From: Promethearchaeota archaeon
Lineage (GTDB): Archaea; Asgardarchaeota; Lokiarchaeia; Sigyniarchaeales; SOKP01
Direction: 5' to 3'
Assembly: GCA_016840165.1 (NCBI GenBank)
Contig: JAEOSU010000072.1
Location: 160,001 to 224,000, forward strand
DNA: 64,000 bases
The position numbers and the translations under genes are program-made. Positions 1-10,040 of the stretch are shown here, one piece after another. Position 1 is the first letter of the stretch, and each line of letters begins with the position of its first letter. The notes beneath the pieces were generated by a model. The model saw only the letters and a list, made by a program, of their open reading frames with translations, did not search any database and had not been told where the DNA came from.

Positions 1-1203
1 CAAGATTTATTTTCGGATGAATTTTTCGATTATTTATCAAATTTCAAACCAAGATTGACGATTCGCACTATTGAGGATGGAAGAGTAATATTTCCTTATG
101 AAACTATTGCTCAAGTTGAAGGCCCTTTAATCCAATGCCAATTAATCGAAACTTATATTTTAAATTGCTTTAATTTTCCAACGCTATGTGCAACAAAGGC
201 AAATCGCATGTGGCTGACTTCCGTAAAGCAACCCATACTTGAGTTTGGGTTGAGAAGAGCTCAGGGACCAAATGGAGGGTTAACGGCTAGTGAGGCTGCT
301 ATGGTTGGAGGGTGTATAGGCACCTCGAACGTATTAGCAGGAAAAATGTATGATATTCGGATAAGTGGCACTCAAGCACATTCTTGGATAATGGCATTCG
401 ATACTGAATTGGAGGCATTTAGAGCCTATGCAGAAATCTATCCCAAAAACTGTATATTACTCATCGATACTTATGATACAATTGAAGGATGTAAAAATGC
501 AGTTATCGTTGGAAAGGAATTGGAAGAAAAAGGGGAAAAGCTCGCCGGAGTTCGCATAGATTCGGGCGATCTCGCATATTTCAGCCGTCAAGTTCGAAAG
601 ATTTTAGATGATGCAGGATTGGATTATGTGAAAGTGGTTGCCTCTAATGATGTGGATGAGTACATTATCGCTGAAATCCAGAGGAATAAGGGAGCTATTG
701 ATTTTTGGGGTATTGGTACAAAATTAGCTACATGTTATGACGATCCTGCACTTGGTGGTGTGTATAAATTGGTTGAAATCAATGATGAGCCGAAGATTAA
801 AATATCGAGTAATGTGGAAAAAATGACTATTCCCTCCAAAAAGCAAGTCTATAGGGTATATAATGGTGAAGGATTCATGTCGGGAGATATAATGGAACTA
901 AGAGAAAAGGAAGATTTAGAGGAGGGATATGTCTATGATCCTCTGAATCCAATGCGCTTTTATAATCTTAAGAATCCAGCAAGAGTTGAACCTTTACTCC
1001 ATTTAAGAATGGACGAGGGTAAAATAGTAAGTGAAATGAGCGATTGGAAGAAAGCGAGGGGATGTATGGAGAAAGATATTGAACTTTTACCTGATGCGTC
1101 AAAACGGTTATTAAATCCCCAGAATTATAGAGTAAGTATTAGTCATTCGATCCATGATCTTCGGAATCATTTAATCGAAACCTATATTGGTAAAGATAAA
1201 TAA
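1..1203 (+). CDS. pncB: Nicotinate phosphoribosyltransferase (5' truncated by window edge)
   Basis: Motifs EFGLRRAQG, GTSNV, GTQAHSW, LIDTYDT, GVRIDSGD, GIGTKL, LGGVYKL. The frame is open back to base 1 (QDLFSDEFFDYL...), so the true start lies upstream of the window. Confidence 0.93.
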   Translation, partial: QDLFSDEFFDYLSNFKPRLTIRTIEDGRVIFPYETIAQVEGPLIQCQLIETYILNCFNFPTLCATKANRMWLTSVKQPILEFGLRRAQGPNGGLTASEAAMVGGCIGTSNVLAGKMYDIRISGTQAHSWIMAFDTELEAFRAYAEIYPKNCILLIDTYDTIEGCKNAVIVGKELEEKGEKLAGVRIDSGDLAYFSRQVRKILDDAGLDYVKVVASNDVDEYIIAEIQRNKGAIDFWGIGTKLATCYDDPALGGVYKLVEINDEPKIKISSNVEKMTIPSKKQVYRVYNGEGFMSGDIMELREKEDLEEGYVYDPLNPMRFYNLKNPARVEPLLHLRMDEGKIVSEMSDWKKARGCMEKDIELLPDASKRLLNPQNYRVSISHSIHDLRNHLIETYIGKDK

Positions 1204-1271
1204 CGATTAATTAATTTCTTTATGATCAACTTATTTTCTCATGAGAAAGGATTAAGTTAAGGTTAACGACT

Positions 1272-3692
1272 ATGACTGAAGAATATATTATAAAATTATC
1301 TAATACTCTTGGTATAAATCAAAGCGCTCTTTTATTTAATGAAAAACGACCATACACCTTTTTAGTAGGTGCAGGAATATCAATGGATCCTCCTTCTAAT
1401 GTTCCTTCCGCACGCATGTTTGTGAGGGAATTATTTAACTATTACGCCCCTAAAAACGAAATTGATACTCTTTCTAAATTAGAGGCACTTAGATACGAAT
1501 TCTTAGTTGAAAAAATCCAGAACTTATTTGATGAAAAACTCACATTTTTAAATTATCTGGATTGGGTAACACACCCTAATGCCAATCATTTGTTTCTCGC
1601 GCATATGATCTTGAGATATAATTTTGTAATAACTACAAATTTCGATTATTTGATTGAATTAGCAGTTAAGAGTCTACTTTTGGGTTCAGAATATAAAAAG
1701 ATCATGAGTATTATTACAAGGGATGATTACGAGAAAAATATTAGATTTAAATATCCCGTGGTTAAAATACACGGCTCGAAACGAGATTGCATTACTGGCA
1801 GATATACCGCAGATTCATTGATTACTACAATTAGTGCACTTGGTAAGGATAGGGAAAAAGGAAAAACTTTCGCAATCGAACCCTTTAAAAGAAAATTAAT
1901 TGATAGTATCACAGAAGGTCGTGATCTCATTGTTATGGGATATTCTGGTAGTGACGACTTTGATATTAGCCCAATGCTGAATGAGTTAACGACCGTTAAA
2001 CGTATTATTTGGATTGATCATAATTCTGACCCAGACATAGAAGGATATTATAAATATAAGCCTTTAGATACGTCAAAATTAAATTTAATATCAAATCTTT
2101 CGAAGTTAGACAACATACTTCTCGAACTAGCTTCGAAAAATACGATCGAGGTATTCAAAATTAAGGCTAACACCATTAACTTTGTAAAACAAAAATTAGC
2201 GAAGACATTTCATGTCTCATTGGCTAATTTAAAAGAAAACATCCCAATAACACAGAAGAGTTTTAAGGATTTCATGGAAAAATACCACTTTGATAAACCT
2301 GAATCCTTCAAATATCGCTTGGCTCATGAAATTTACAGTGATTTAGGTAATATTGAATCGGCTGAAAGAACCGCTATAACTGGGTTAGATTTGGCAACTG
2401 AGGAAAGTAATGATATTAATAAATTGTATTTTACAAATGCGTTGGGATTATTATATCTCACCAGAGGAGATATGGATAAAGCTTTAGAACAATTTAATGA
2501 AACTCTCGAATTAACACAGAGATTAGACATGTTAAATGAAAAAATCGGAGTTCTCATTAATATTGGTGAACATTATAGGAAGAAAGGAGATTTGAAAAAT
2601 GCTTTTAAATATATATTCGAAGCGGCGGATCTTGTCTCAGAAAAGACTCCTAATGTATTAAAATATTCAATATTCAATAGTCTCGGAGTCATATATAGGG
2701 CAAATGGAGATGTACCAAATTCAATAAAACATCTTGAAATGGCACTTGAAGTTTCGGAAAAAATGGGAGATCTTTTTAGAAAGTCGTCAGTCTATAACAA
2801 TTTAGCGGGAATTTATTTTTACCAAGGACGATTAGACCCTGCATTAAAAAATGCATCTGAAGCTTTGAAGATTGATGAATTATTAGGAGATTTAGATGAT
2901 ATGGCCTCAAATCTAAACACTATTGGAAATATATATAGAATGGCTGGTCATTATACACAAGCTCTTACTTATTTGGAGCGCGCATATAACATTGCAGAAA
3001 AAATTAAGAAGTTAAAAGTAAAATCCCTTGCAGCTAACTCTATTGGGGGTATTTATTTCACATTAGGAAAACTTGATTCAGCATTAAAAATGTATAACGA
3101 AGCTTATGAAATAAGGAAGATTTTAGGAGATATCTCAGGACAAGCGACGAGTTTAAATAATATCGGGTTGATATATCGCGCAAGACGAGATTATAAGACT
3201 GCAAATGAGATGTTTACACAATCAATTGAAATAGCAGAAAGGATCGGAGAGAAAACTCATTTAAGCGTACGTTATTCCAATAAAGCATCAATATTCGAGG
3301 CAAAAAGAGATTTTGAAAAAGCATTAGAGGAATACAAAAAAGCTCTAGCCATGGAACAATCACAGCAAAACTTACACGGAGTTGCAACACAACTTATGAA
3401 TATTGGAGGGATTTTGGGCGATTTAGGTCGACGTGAAGAGAGTATTCAAAACTATACTAAAGCCCTCAATATGATGGAAGATTTGAAAATAAAACCAGGG
3501 ATTGCACGAGCACTTAATAACTTGGGTTCAGTATATTATAAGTTTAATAGGGATTTTGAAAAGGCTATTCCTATATTAGAGAGAGCTCTTGAAATATATC
3601 GGGAGATCGATGACCCTCAAATGTTAAATTTAACGCAACAAAATTTAGCGCATATCAAGCAGCAGTATGAGATTCAAAAGAGAGAGAACTAA
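1272..3692 (+). CDS. SIR2-like (SIR2_2) domain fused to a C-terminal TPR array
   Basis: N-terminal FLVGAGIS, ITTNFD, VKIHGS and MGYSGSD SIR2 motifs. The C-terminal half has about 10 repeats of ~40 aa of the type xxLNNIGxIYxxxGxYxxALxxYxxALxI. Confidence 0.88.
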   Translation: MTEEYIIKLSNTLGINQSALLFNEKRPYTFLVGAGISMDPPSNVPSARMFVRELFNYYAPKNEIDTLSKLEALRYEFLVEKIQNLFDEKLTFLNYLDWVTHPNANHLFLAHMILRYNFVITTNFDYLIELAVKSLLLGSEYKKIMSIITRDDYEKNIRFKYPVVKIHGSKRDCITGRYTADSLITTISALGKDREKGKTFAIEPFKRKLIDSITEGRDLIVMGYSGSDDFDISPMLNELTTVKRIIWIDHNSDPDIEGYYKYKPLDTSKLNLISNLSKLDNILLELASKNTIEVFKIKANTINFVKQKLAKTFHVSLANLKENIPITQKSFKDFMEKYHFDKPESFKYRLAHEIYSDLGNIESAERTAITGLDLATEESNDINKLYFTNALGLLYLTRGDMDKALEQFNETLELTQRLDMLNEKIGVLINIGEHYRKKGDLKNAFKYIFEAADLVSEKTPNVLKYSIFNSLGVIYRANGDVPNSIKHLEMALEVSEKMGDLFRKSSVYNNLAGIYFYQGRLDPALKNASEALKIDELLGDLDDMASNLNTIGNIYRMAGHYTQALTYLERAYNIAEKIKKLKVKSLAANSIGGIYFTLGKLDSALKMYNEAYEIRKILGDISGQATSLNNIGLIYRARRDYKTANEMFTQSIEIAERIGEKTHLSVRYSNKASIFEAKRDFEKALEEYKKALAMEQSQQNLHGVATQLMNIGGILGDLGRREESIQNYTKALNMMEDLKIKPGIARALNNLGSVYYKFNRDFEKAIPILERALEIYREIDDPQMLNLTQQNLAHIKQQYEIQKREN

Positions 3693-3872
3693 TTAATATG
3701 AATGGGATAGAGAGGATTTTAAATTCCCCAAGTGATCTATACTGTGAATTATAGAGTGAGTATCAGTCAATCTATTTATGATCTTCGAACAAAATTTATC
3801 GATACTTATATTGGCAAAGATATATAATAAATAAATACGGTTTAGAACATTGATTGGAGGAATACAACCATT

Positions 3873-4433
3873 ATGACAGGACAAATCCCAGATAAAGTGA
3901 TTTTTAATGGTGATGTATTTGATTTGGTGGGCGTGAAAGGAGAAGGTTTATTTGAGCCATTTGATTTTGGATTAGTTCCTATTTCCCCTCATACTGCTAA
4001 CTGGCGTGGGTTTGTAAGTACTTATGAAGTATCCGAAGGTATACTTCTCCTTAAAGAATTGGAAGTCAGTATCAAGGATGAGGATCAATCATATCCAGAA
4101 ATTAATGGCATTCAACCAGAGTCCCGAAAAGAGAATTTAGTCCACTTAGATTATAAAAAGATAAATTTAAAGACTATGTATACAGGAACATTACTTATTG
4201 CTAAAGATTTTATTGATTCAATGTATGTTCATATGGGATTTCAGAGTCCCCTCTCGTTTGAAATAATTTTAGAGTTAGAATTTAAAGAGGGAAAATTGAT
4301 TAATCAAGAGAATGTATCCGACTTGATCAAAGAATATAGAGAGAAAGGTTACTCTGATGGTAAATTAGGACCTCAAGATGATGACTATATGAAATGGATT
4401 GAACGTACTTTTTCCCTTGATTATGAAATTTAG
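3873..4433 (+). CDS. Conserved-looking hypothetical protein
   Basis: 186-aa ORF preceded by a GGAGG Shine-Dalgarno-like motif. Motifs MTGQIPD, TANWRGFV and YVHMGF; function not recognised. Confidence 0.7.
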   Translation: MTGQIPDKVIFNGDVFDLVGVKGEGLFEPFDFGLVPISPHTANWRGFVSTYEVSEGILLLKELEVSIKDEDQSYPEINGIQPESRKENLVHLDYKKINLKTMYTGTLLIAKDFIDSMYVHMGFQSPLSFEIILELEFKEGKLINQENVSDLIKEYREKGYSDGKLGPQDDDYMKWIERTFSLDYEI

Positions 4434-4469
4434 AAATATTTTAAAATAAAAAAAAAATTGATTGGTATT

Positions 4470-5309
4470 TTATCCAGTTGGAGAGAAAACTCCTGCGAAG
4501 ACTAACCATGCTAAAAAGGTTTTGGAAACTAAACTGAGTATAATATATACTCTTTCACCGTATAAGTAATCTTTCCACTTACCTACTCCCTTATATTGGA
4601 GAATCATATTTATTGCAAAAGTATTAAAAAAGACCAACTCGATTATATAGATCAAATACACGAAAGTCGGAATCTCAGCTCCTTCTGATACTCCTGTATT
4701 TATGAAGTAGGCAGTAATCACGATCCACGGAACTGCTCCCGCTACCACTCCAAGATAATAAGCCGTCCATCTCACTTTTTCATTTAGTTTTCGGGTATAA
4801 ACATTGTGGAGTTCCATCATGAGACCAAACATGTTCATGAGTGCATTAGAGATAAAAATCATGAATAACGACCAGAAATCTAAGACTCCAAAAAACAAGG
4901 CAATTAGCACAATCATGATAGAACTGGAAAGCGCATATTCAAACCATCTAACTTTGTTAATTCCCTTCTTTAAGTCCCTTACGTATTTTTTATTTAAGGG
5001 ATAAGCAATAAGAAAGTGTGCGATGGCTGATAATAACAAAAATGTCCCAACGAAAGCTCCGAGAGCGGTAAACGTGAATATTACCTCAGGATTCGGTGAT
5101 AAAGTAGGTGGAGGTCCAAGATCAAATTCTAAATAAGTTGTATAAATATCAACTGAGAAATCTAAAAATGGTAAAAATCCGAAAAAGACCATAAGTAAGC
5201 CTTGAATCAAATGTAGAATCATCGCATTCCGATTAAACTTTTTTAGGTAATCAAAAGTTATATCTGATCTTGGGATTAACCATTCATCTTCATTTGTTGT
5301 AGAAGTCAT
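4470..5309 (-). CDS. Heliorhodopsin
   Basis: Seven hydrophobic helices; HLIQG (TM1 His), SAIAHF (TM2 His), RWFEYALSSSIM (TM3 counter-ion Glu), YLYGERVYIILSLVSKTFLAW (TM7 retinal Lys). Confidence 0.93.
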   Translation of the reverse strand: MTSTTNEDEWLIPRSDITFDYLKKFNRNAMILHLIQGLLMVFFGFLPFLDFSVDIYTTYLEFDLGPPPTLSPNPEVIFTFTALGAFVGTFLLLSAIAHFLIAYPLNKKYVRDLKKGINKVRWFEYALSSSIMIVLIALFFGVLDFWSLFMIFISNALMNMFGLMMELHNVYTRKLNEKVRWTAYYLGVVAGAVPWIVITAYFINTGVSEGAEIPTFVYLIYIIELVFFNTFAINMILQYKGVGKWKDYLYGERVYIILSLVSKTFLAWLVFAGVFSPTG

Positions 5310-5410
5310 ATGGATTATGGTAAAGAGATTTATTTAAGAAATTTGCATACAAATTATAAATTTAGTTTTAAATAATCTACTAGTAATAGTGATTAAGAGA
5401 ATGCGAAATT

Positions 5411-5869
5411 TTATTGAAAATAATCATTCAAGTAATTAAAAAGCTCATCTGCCTTTGAATCATTATAGACTCCGCTTTCGCGCCATAATATCTCACCTTT
5501 TTTATTTATCAAAAAAATATATATAGTCTGTTCGTTAGGAATCTTAAGTGTTCTTTTAAATTTCGATTTATTAATATAGATGGTTATTGTACGTTCACGT
5601 ACTTCCTTGCTCGGAATTCCCGCACGCATTCCTCCATCGATCACGAAGCTCATCATTTTATAGCCGCTACTTAAAGAAGGGAGCTCATAGAATTTTACTC
5701 TAGGAAATCGCTTAATGAGTCCTTCTAAGTAGGGACCCCAAGTATCCACTAAATTTTGATGCCATCTTTGAAAAGGCACCAGTAAAATGTTTAATTCTCC
5801 TTCTAAATCATAAGGGAGTTTATATCTTCTTGATTCTAAATTCTTGCCTTCTACTTCGGGAAAGAGCAT
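5411..5869 (-). CDS. Thioredoxin-like fold protein without CxxC (ATP10-like), hypothetical
   Basis: FPEVEGKNLE..LPYDL start, GGMRAGIP, and IFLINKKGEILWRESG resemble redoxin-fold beta strands; no CxxC. Confidence 0.6.
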   Translation of the reverse strand: MLFPEVEGKNLESRRYKLPYDLEGELNILLVPFQRWHQNLVDTWGPYLEGLIKRFPRVKFYELPSLSSGYKMMSFVIDGGMRAGIPSKEVRERTITIYINKSKFKRTLKIPNEQTIYIFLINKKGEILWRESGVYNDSKADELFNYLNDYFQ

Positions 5870-5995
5870 GATTTTAATGGCTTTATTTGTTTATTTTTAA
5901 ATATGTAAGTAAAAAGAAATATTAAAAAGAGCGGCTAATATTTTATTCAATTTACGGTTTTAGTCTATTATTTTAAGAAGCCAAATATTGTTAAA

Positions 5996-6838
5996 CTATG
6001 GTTTCTTAGATTGTGTCAACTTTCTCGTTTCCTTATTTACCTTGCGAAATCCTCTAATGAGTTTAAATAATGAAAAACCACGAAATGACTTCCCATTCGA
6101 TTTACAACTTGGTAGCACATATGGAATTACCTTTTTGCAACTTTCTTCAACATCAGTTGCCACATATTTCATCATTAAATCTAATTCCTCTCTAAATTCA
6201 TCTTCATCCTTCCATTCCTCTATAACGCAGGTGTTCCTCATCAAATTAGTATAAATCATTCCCGGAAAGAAAATATTGAGTTTTATATCATCTGGATTCT
6301 GGTCGAATTCCAAGGCTAAACATTTTGAAAACGCCAATACACCTCCTTTCGAAGCAGAATATATTGTCATATGTTCTAACGGACGATCAGCTCCACCTCC
6401 AGCTAAAGTGATGATTCTGCCATAACCTTGCTTTTTCATATGAGGAAGTACCGCAGAGATTGAGTTTATTACTCCAATTAAATTTGTACCGATCACTAAA
6501 TTAGCTTCCTTATTCGCAGCTTCTAGTGAAAGACAGTCAAAAGGTCCATAACTAAGATTAAAACCAGCATTCGCCACCAAAATACGGACTCCTCCAAAAG
6601 CTTCAATAGTTTTATCAACCAGATTTTGAACAGCAAGTGGATCTGAAACATCGCAAGCAATACCAATAACATTATCACCAAATTGGGCTTTCAATTCAAC
6701 TAAAGTCTGGCTTACTTTATCTTCGTTTCGTGAGCATATGGCTACTTTTGCTCCTTCTTGAAGAAATAACTTTGCTAGAGTTTTACCTATACCGCTTGTA
6801 GAACCAGTTATAATCGCGATTTCATTTTTCATTTTCAT
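5996..6838 (-). CDS. Short-chain dehydrogenase/reductase (SDR)
   Basis: TGSTSGIG Rossmann motif, LVANAG, catalytic YSASK. Confidence 0.92.
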   Translation of the reverse strand: MKMKNEIAIITGSTSGIGKTLAKLFLQEGAKVAICSRNEDKVSQTLVELKAQFGDNVIGIACDVSDPLAVQNLVDKTIEAFGGVRILVANAGFNLSYGPFDCLSLEAANKEANLVIGTNLIGVINSISAVLPHMKKQGYGRIITLAGGGADRPLEHMTIYSASKGGVLAFSKCLALEFDQNPDDIKLNIFFPGMIYTNLMRNTCVIEEWKDEDEFREELDLMMKYVATDVEESCKKVIPYVLPSCKSNGKSFRGFSLFKLIRGFRKVNKETRKLTQSKKP

Positions 6839-7242
6839 TTCTTATCCTCCATTCTTTCCTTACTTAATAGATTGATTAATGATGAAATCTATGTAAATTT
6901 GATAATTATAAAAAAAAGAAAATTATAAAATTTTTTAAAATAAATGTACTAGTATTGCTATCTTCTAATTTTAGGATTAAATCATGATCCTGTACTGAGA
7001 TAAATATTTTCTTGGTATATTTTTCTTATTTTTTCAATTTCTTATGGACCCTTTATAAATACTCTTAATGGAATGTGAGGAAAAAGGTTGATTGCCTATT
7101 TTGAAAAATTGTAAGATGAATGATAAGATTAGTTATATTAGTATTAATCGGATTTTATTTAAATAATTTAGATGCTACTTTTGTATAAAAATATACGATT
7201 TATAAAACAATCGTATTATAAAAAAATTAGAGATATAATATT

Positions 7243-8979
7243 ATGTATCATTTAGACGGAACAGATATTTTAGACGCAAAATATTATCGGAAGACTTTTA
7301 GTATTTGTCCTGAATGCATGGAACGCATTCCCGCAGTAGTAAAAGAAGACGATGATGGCAAAGTATACATGTATAAGACTTGTGATGAACACGGTGATTT
7401 TAAAGACCTAATAAGCTCTTCTGCGAAGTATTACAAATGGACTCATTATGCTAAAAAAGATAAAGACGGAAAAGTAATATGGCAATTCCAAAAGAACGGA
7501 GAGGCAAACCCCCCTGATTGCGCTTCTGAAGATCCTCGTGGATGTCCTTATAATTGTGGTCTTTGTGCAGAACATCTTTCTACTTGCTCACTTGCACTCA
7601 TCGATCTCACAAATCGCTGTAATTTCAATTGTAACTTCTGCTATGCTAATGTTGAAAAAGCGGGTTATTTGATTGAACCTTCCTTGGAAGAAATCGAGCG
7701 AATCATGGACCATTTCCGAAATAAATCGATACCTGCCGTAGCCATAATGTTTACTGGCGGAGAGCCAACCGTTCGAAAAGATTTTCCTGAAATATGTAAG
7801 ATGGCGAAAGATAAAGGATTTAAGGAGGTCATCGTAGCTACAAATGGATATGGTTTCCAAAAGAAAAATGGCGGATTAGAGTGGACTAAAAAAGTCTATG
7901 AAATGGGGCTTGATACGCTCTATTTACAATTCGATGGTATTAACAACGCGACTTATGAAAAAACGCGGGGAATTAAGAATTTAATGCCTTATAAAATGCG
8001 TGTAATCGAGAACTGCCGAAAAGTAGGGCTTTCTTCAATTAACCTTGTTGCAACTATTGCACGTGGAGTGACAGATATTGAAGTAGGGAATATAATTCAA
8101 TTTTCCCTAGATAATATTGATGTGGTACGCGGGATCACATTCCAACCAGTTTCTCTCTGCGGAAGAATTAGCGCAGAAGATATGAATGAACTAAGAATCA
8201 CTAACGCAGATGTGATCCAAGAGATTGATAATCAAACAAGTGGTAAAATTGGTATAGAAAATTCATGGTATCCTCTTACCACAATCGTTGAGTTTGGCCG
8301 AGTTATAGCCTACTTAGCAGATGTTGAGCCGATTGAGTTTACATGCCATCCTGACTGTGGATTTGCGACATATTTAGTGGTAGATCCCGATACAAACGAA
8401 ATGGTGCCAATTATGGACTATTTTGATCCTTTGAAGGTCATTGATTTTGCCAATCGATTCTGGGAAAAGATTAAACACAAAGAAAAACAACCGATTAAAT
8501 TCTTTGAAAATTTGATGGGTGATGCTGGAAAAACCTTAGATAATGGCTTAAACTTTTTAGATAAAAATCAATTGAAAGCAAGATTCTTGCTCGGTGTTCT
8601 TCAGTATATAAAGAAACCGGGAAAATTAATGGAATTATTTAGTAGACTATTAATGAACGGAGACTGGGAGAGTATCAGCTCATTTACTCATGGAACATTA
8701 CTACTCTCATCGATGCACTTTCAAGATGCGTACAATATGGACATTGAACGTACTAGAAGATGTATTGTCCATTTTGGTGTTGCAATGCCCGATGGTACCG
8801 TAAAGGAGCTCCCATTTTGTACCATGAATACACTCCATCGACCTCAAATCGAAAAACAAGTAGCGAAGAAACTTACTCAGAAAGTCAAGGAAGAGTTTGA
8901 TACGAGTTTAGGTCAAGCACGGGAAGATATTCAACAAGAAGTCGCTCAAAATGGTGGAATTAAAAAGGAGGAGATTTAA
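7243..8979 (+). CDS. tes: Radical SAM tetraether lipid synthase (Tes / GDGT-MAS, MJ0619 family)
   Basis: N-terminal CPEC...KTCDEHG; GCPYNCGLC; radical SAM CNFNCNFC; TGGEPT; YLQFDG; FTCHPDCG; MHFQDAYN..ER..RC and PFCTMN. This is the full cysteine architecture of the Tes family. Confidence 0.88.
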   Translation: MYHLDGTDILDAKYYRKTFSICPECMERIPAVVKEDDDGKVYMYKTCDEHGDFKDLISSSAKYYKWTHYAKKDKDGKVIWQFQKNGEANPPDCASEDPRGCPYNCGLCAEHLSTCSLALIDLTNRCNFNCNFCYANVEKAGYLIEPSLEEIERIMDHFRNKSIPAVAIMFTGGEPTVRKDFPEICKMAKDKGFKEVIVATNGYGFQKKNGGLEWTKKVYEMGLDTLYLQFDGINNATYEKTRGIKNLMPYKMRVIENCRKVGLSSINLVATIARGVTDIEVGNIIQFSLDNIDVVRGITFQPVSLCGRISAEDMNELRITNADVIQEIDNQTSGKIGIENSWYPLTTIVEFGRVIAYLADVEPIEFTCHPDCGFATYLVVDPDTNEMVPIMDYFDPLKVIDFANRFWEKIKHKEKQPIKFFENLMGDAGKTLDNGLNFLDKNQLKARFLLGVLQYIKKPGKLMELFSRLLMNGDWESISSFTHGTLLLSSMHFQDAYNMDIERTRRCIVHFGVAMPDGTVKELPFCTMNTLHRPQIEKQVAKKLTQKVKEEFDTSLGQAREDIQQEVAQNGGIKKEEI

Positions 8980-8981
8980 TC

Positions 8982-9269
8982 ATGTCCGATGAGATAGTGG
9001 AAACGAAAGATGGATTAAAACTACGGAAATTAGTAGAACTCAAAACCTCGACCGCAGAGGAATACCAAAAAGCTATGCTGGATCGGGTGGAATATTTCAA
9101 GGAGAAAAACCAACAAAAGAGTCAATTTAACAGCTTCATTCAAAATACTGTCGTACAAGTATTTAGTACTCTTTTAGATTTAAAAACTAAGGTGGACGAA
9201 AGCCTTGGTGAGGAAAATCTAAAAAAAGTCCATGAAGTATTAGATAGTGTTCTATTATTCGGACTTTAA
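8982..9269 (+). CDS. Small helical hypothetical protein, probably co-transcribed with tes
   Basis: Starts 2 nt after the tes stop, with a GGAGGAG SD motif inside the tes 3' end. Confidence 0.7.
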   Translation: MSDEIVETKDGLKLRKLVELKTSTAEEYQKAMLDRVEYFKEKNQQKSQFNSFIQNTVVQVFSTLLDLKTKVDESLGEENLKKVHEVLDSVLLFGL

Positions 9270-9451
9270 ACTAATTATTCGATTTTTTACCTTTTATTTT
9301 TTGAATTTTTTATTATCTTATTTTAAAAGCTAAATTTCTAATCATATTCAATTATATCATTAAGACCAAAAAGTACTTCGATATTTAAATCATAAACGCA
9401 AGGTTTAAAGCATTTTTATTGAATTTAGATCTTGAAGTATGGTGATTTGAG

Positions 9452-9961
9452 ATGGATTTAACCATCAAATTATATGGATCTTTAAAAGAAAAGTATAGAG
9501 CTTTAGCGTCTAATGGAGAGAATAATAATACTATCAAAATTAACGGTAAGAAAAATCATAGAGTCTCTGATATATTAGATAAGTTGGGTATTTCCGAATC
9601 GGAAATAAGCCATATCTTTGTAAATAGTCGATATAGTGGTATAGGCAAAGAAATCAAAGATGGGGATCGTATCGGGATCTTTCCAAAAAATATGGCTATA
9701 ATGTTCGCTGAAATTCCTAAAATCAGTGCTATCTACATCACCGTAAAGCTTTTTGCTACTTTAAGAAAATATGGGCCATCTAGATCGGTGGTAGATGTTC
9801 CCGAGGGAAGTACCATTAAGTCAATAGTTAAAAAGTATAATATCCCGAAAAAGGAAGGGAAACTTATTACACTAATTAATGGTCAACCTTGCCACGAAAA
9901 TGATTGTGTACTGCATGATGGAGATCTTGTCGCAATCTTTCCTCCAATTGGTGGCGGTTGA
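9452..9961 (+). CDS. Tandem two-domain MoaD/ThiS/SAMP-like ubiquitin-fold protein ending in GG
   Basis: Two beta-grasp repeats (TIKLYGSLKEK...IFVN...KDGDRIGIFP and TVKLFATLRKY...LING...LHDGDLVAIFPPIGGG); GGTGA SD upstream. Confidence 0.85.
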   Translation: MDLTIKLYGSLKEKYRALASNGENNNTIKINGKKNHRVSDILDKLGISESEISHIFVNSRYSGIGKEIKDGDRIGIFPKNMAIMFAEIPKISAIYITVKLFATLRKYGPSRSVVDVPEGSTIKSIVKKYNIPKKEGKLITLINGQPCHENDCVLHDGDLVAIFPPIGGG

Positions 9962-10040
9962 ACCTTTTCTCCAACTTCAAACTAAGAAATAAGATTTTTT
10001 GGAAAGTTATTTTTAAGATTATAATTTAGTTAATGATAAG

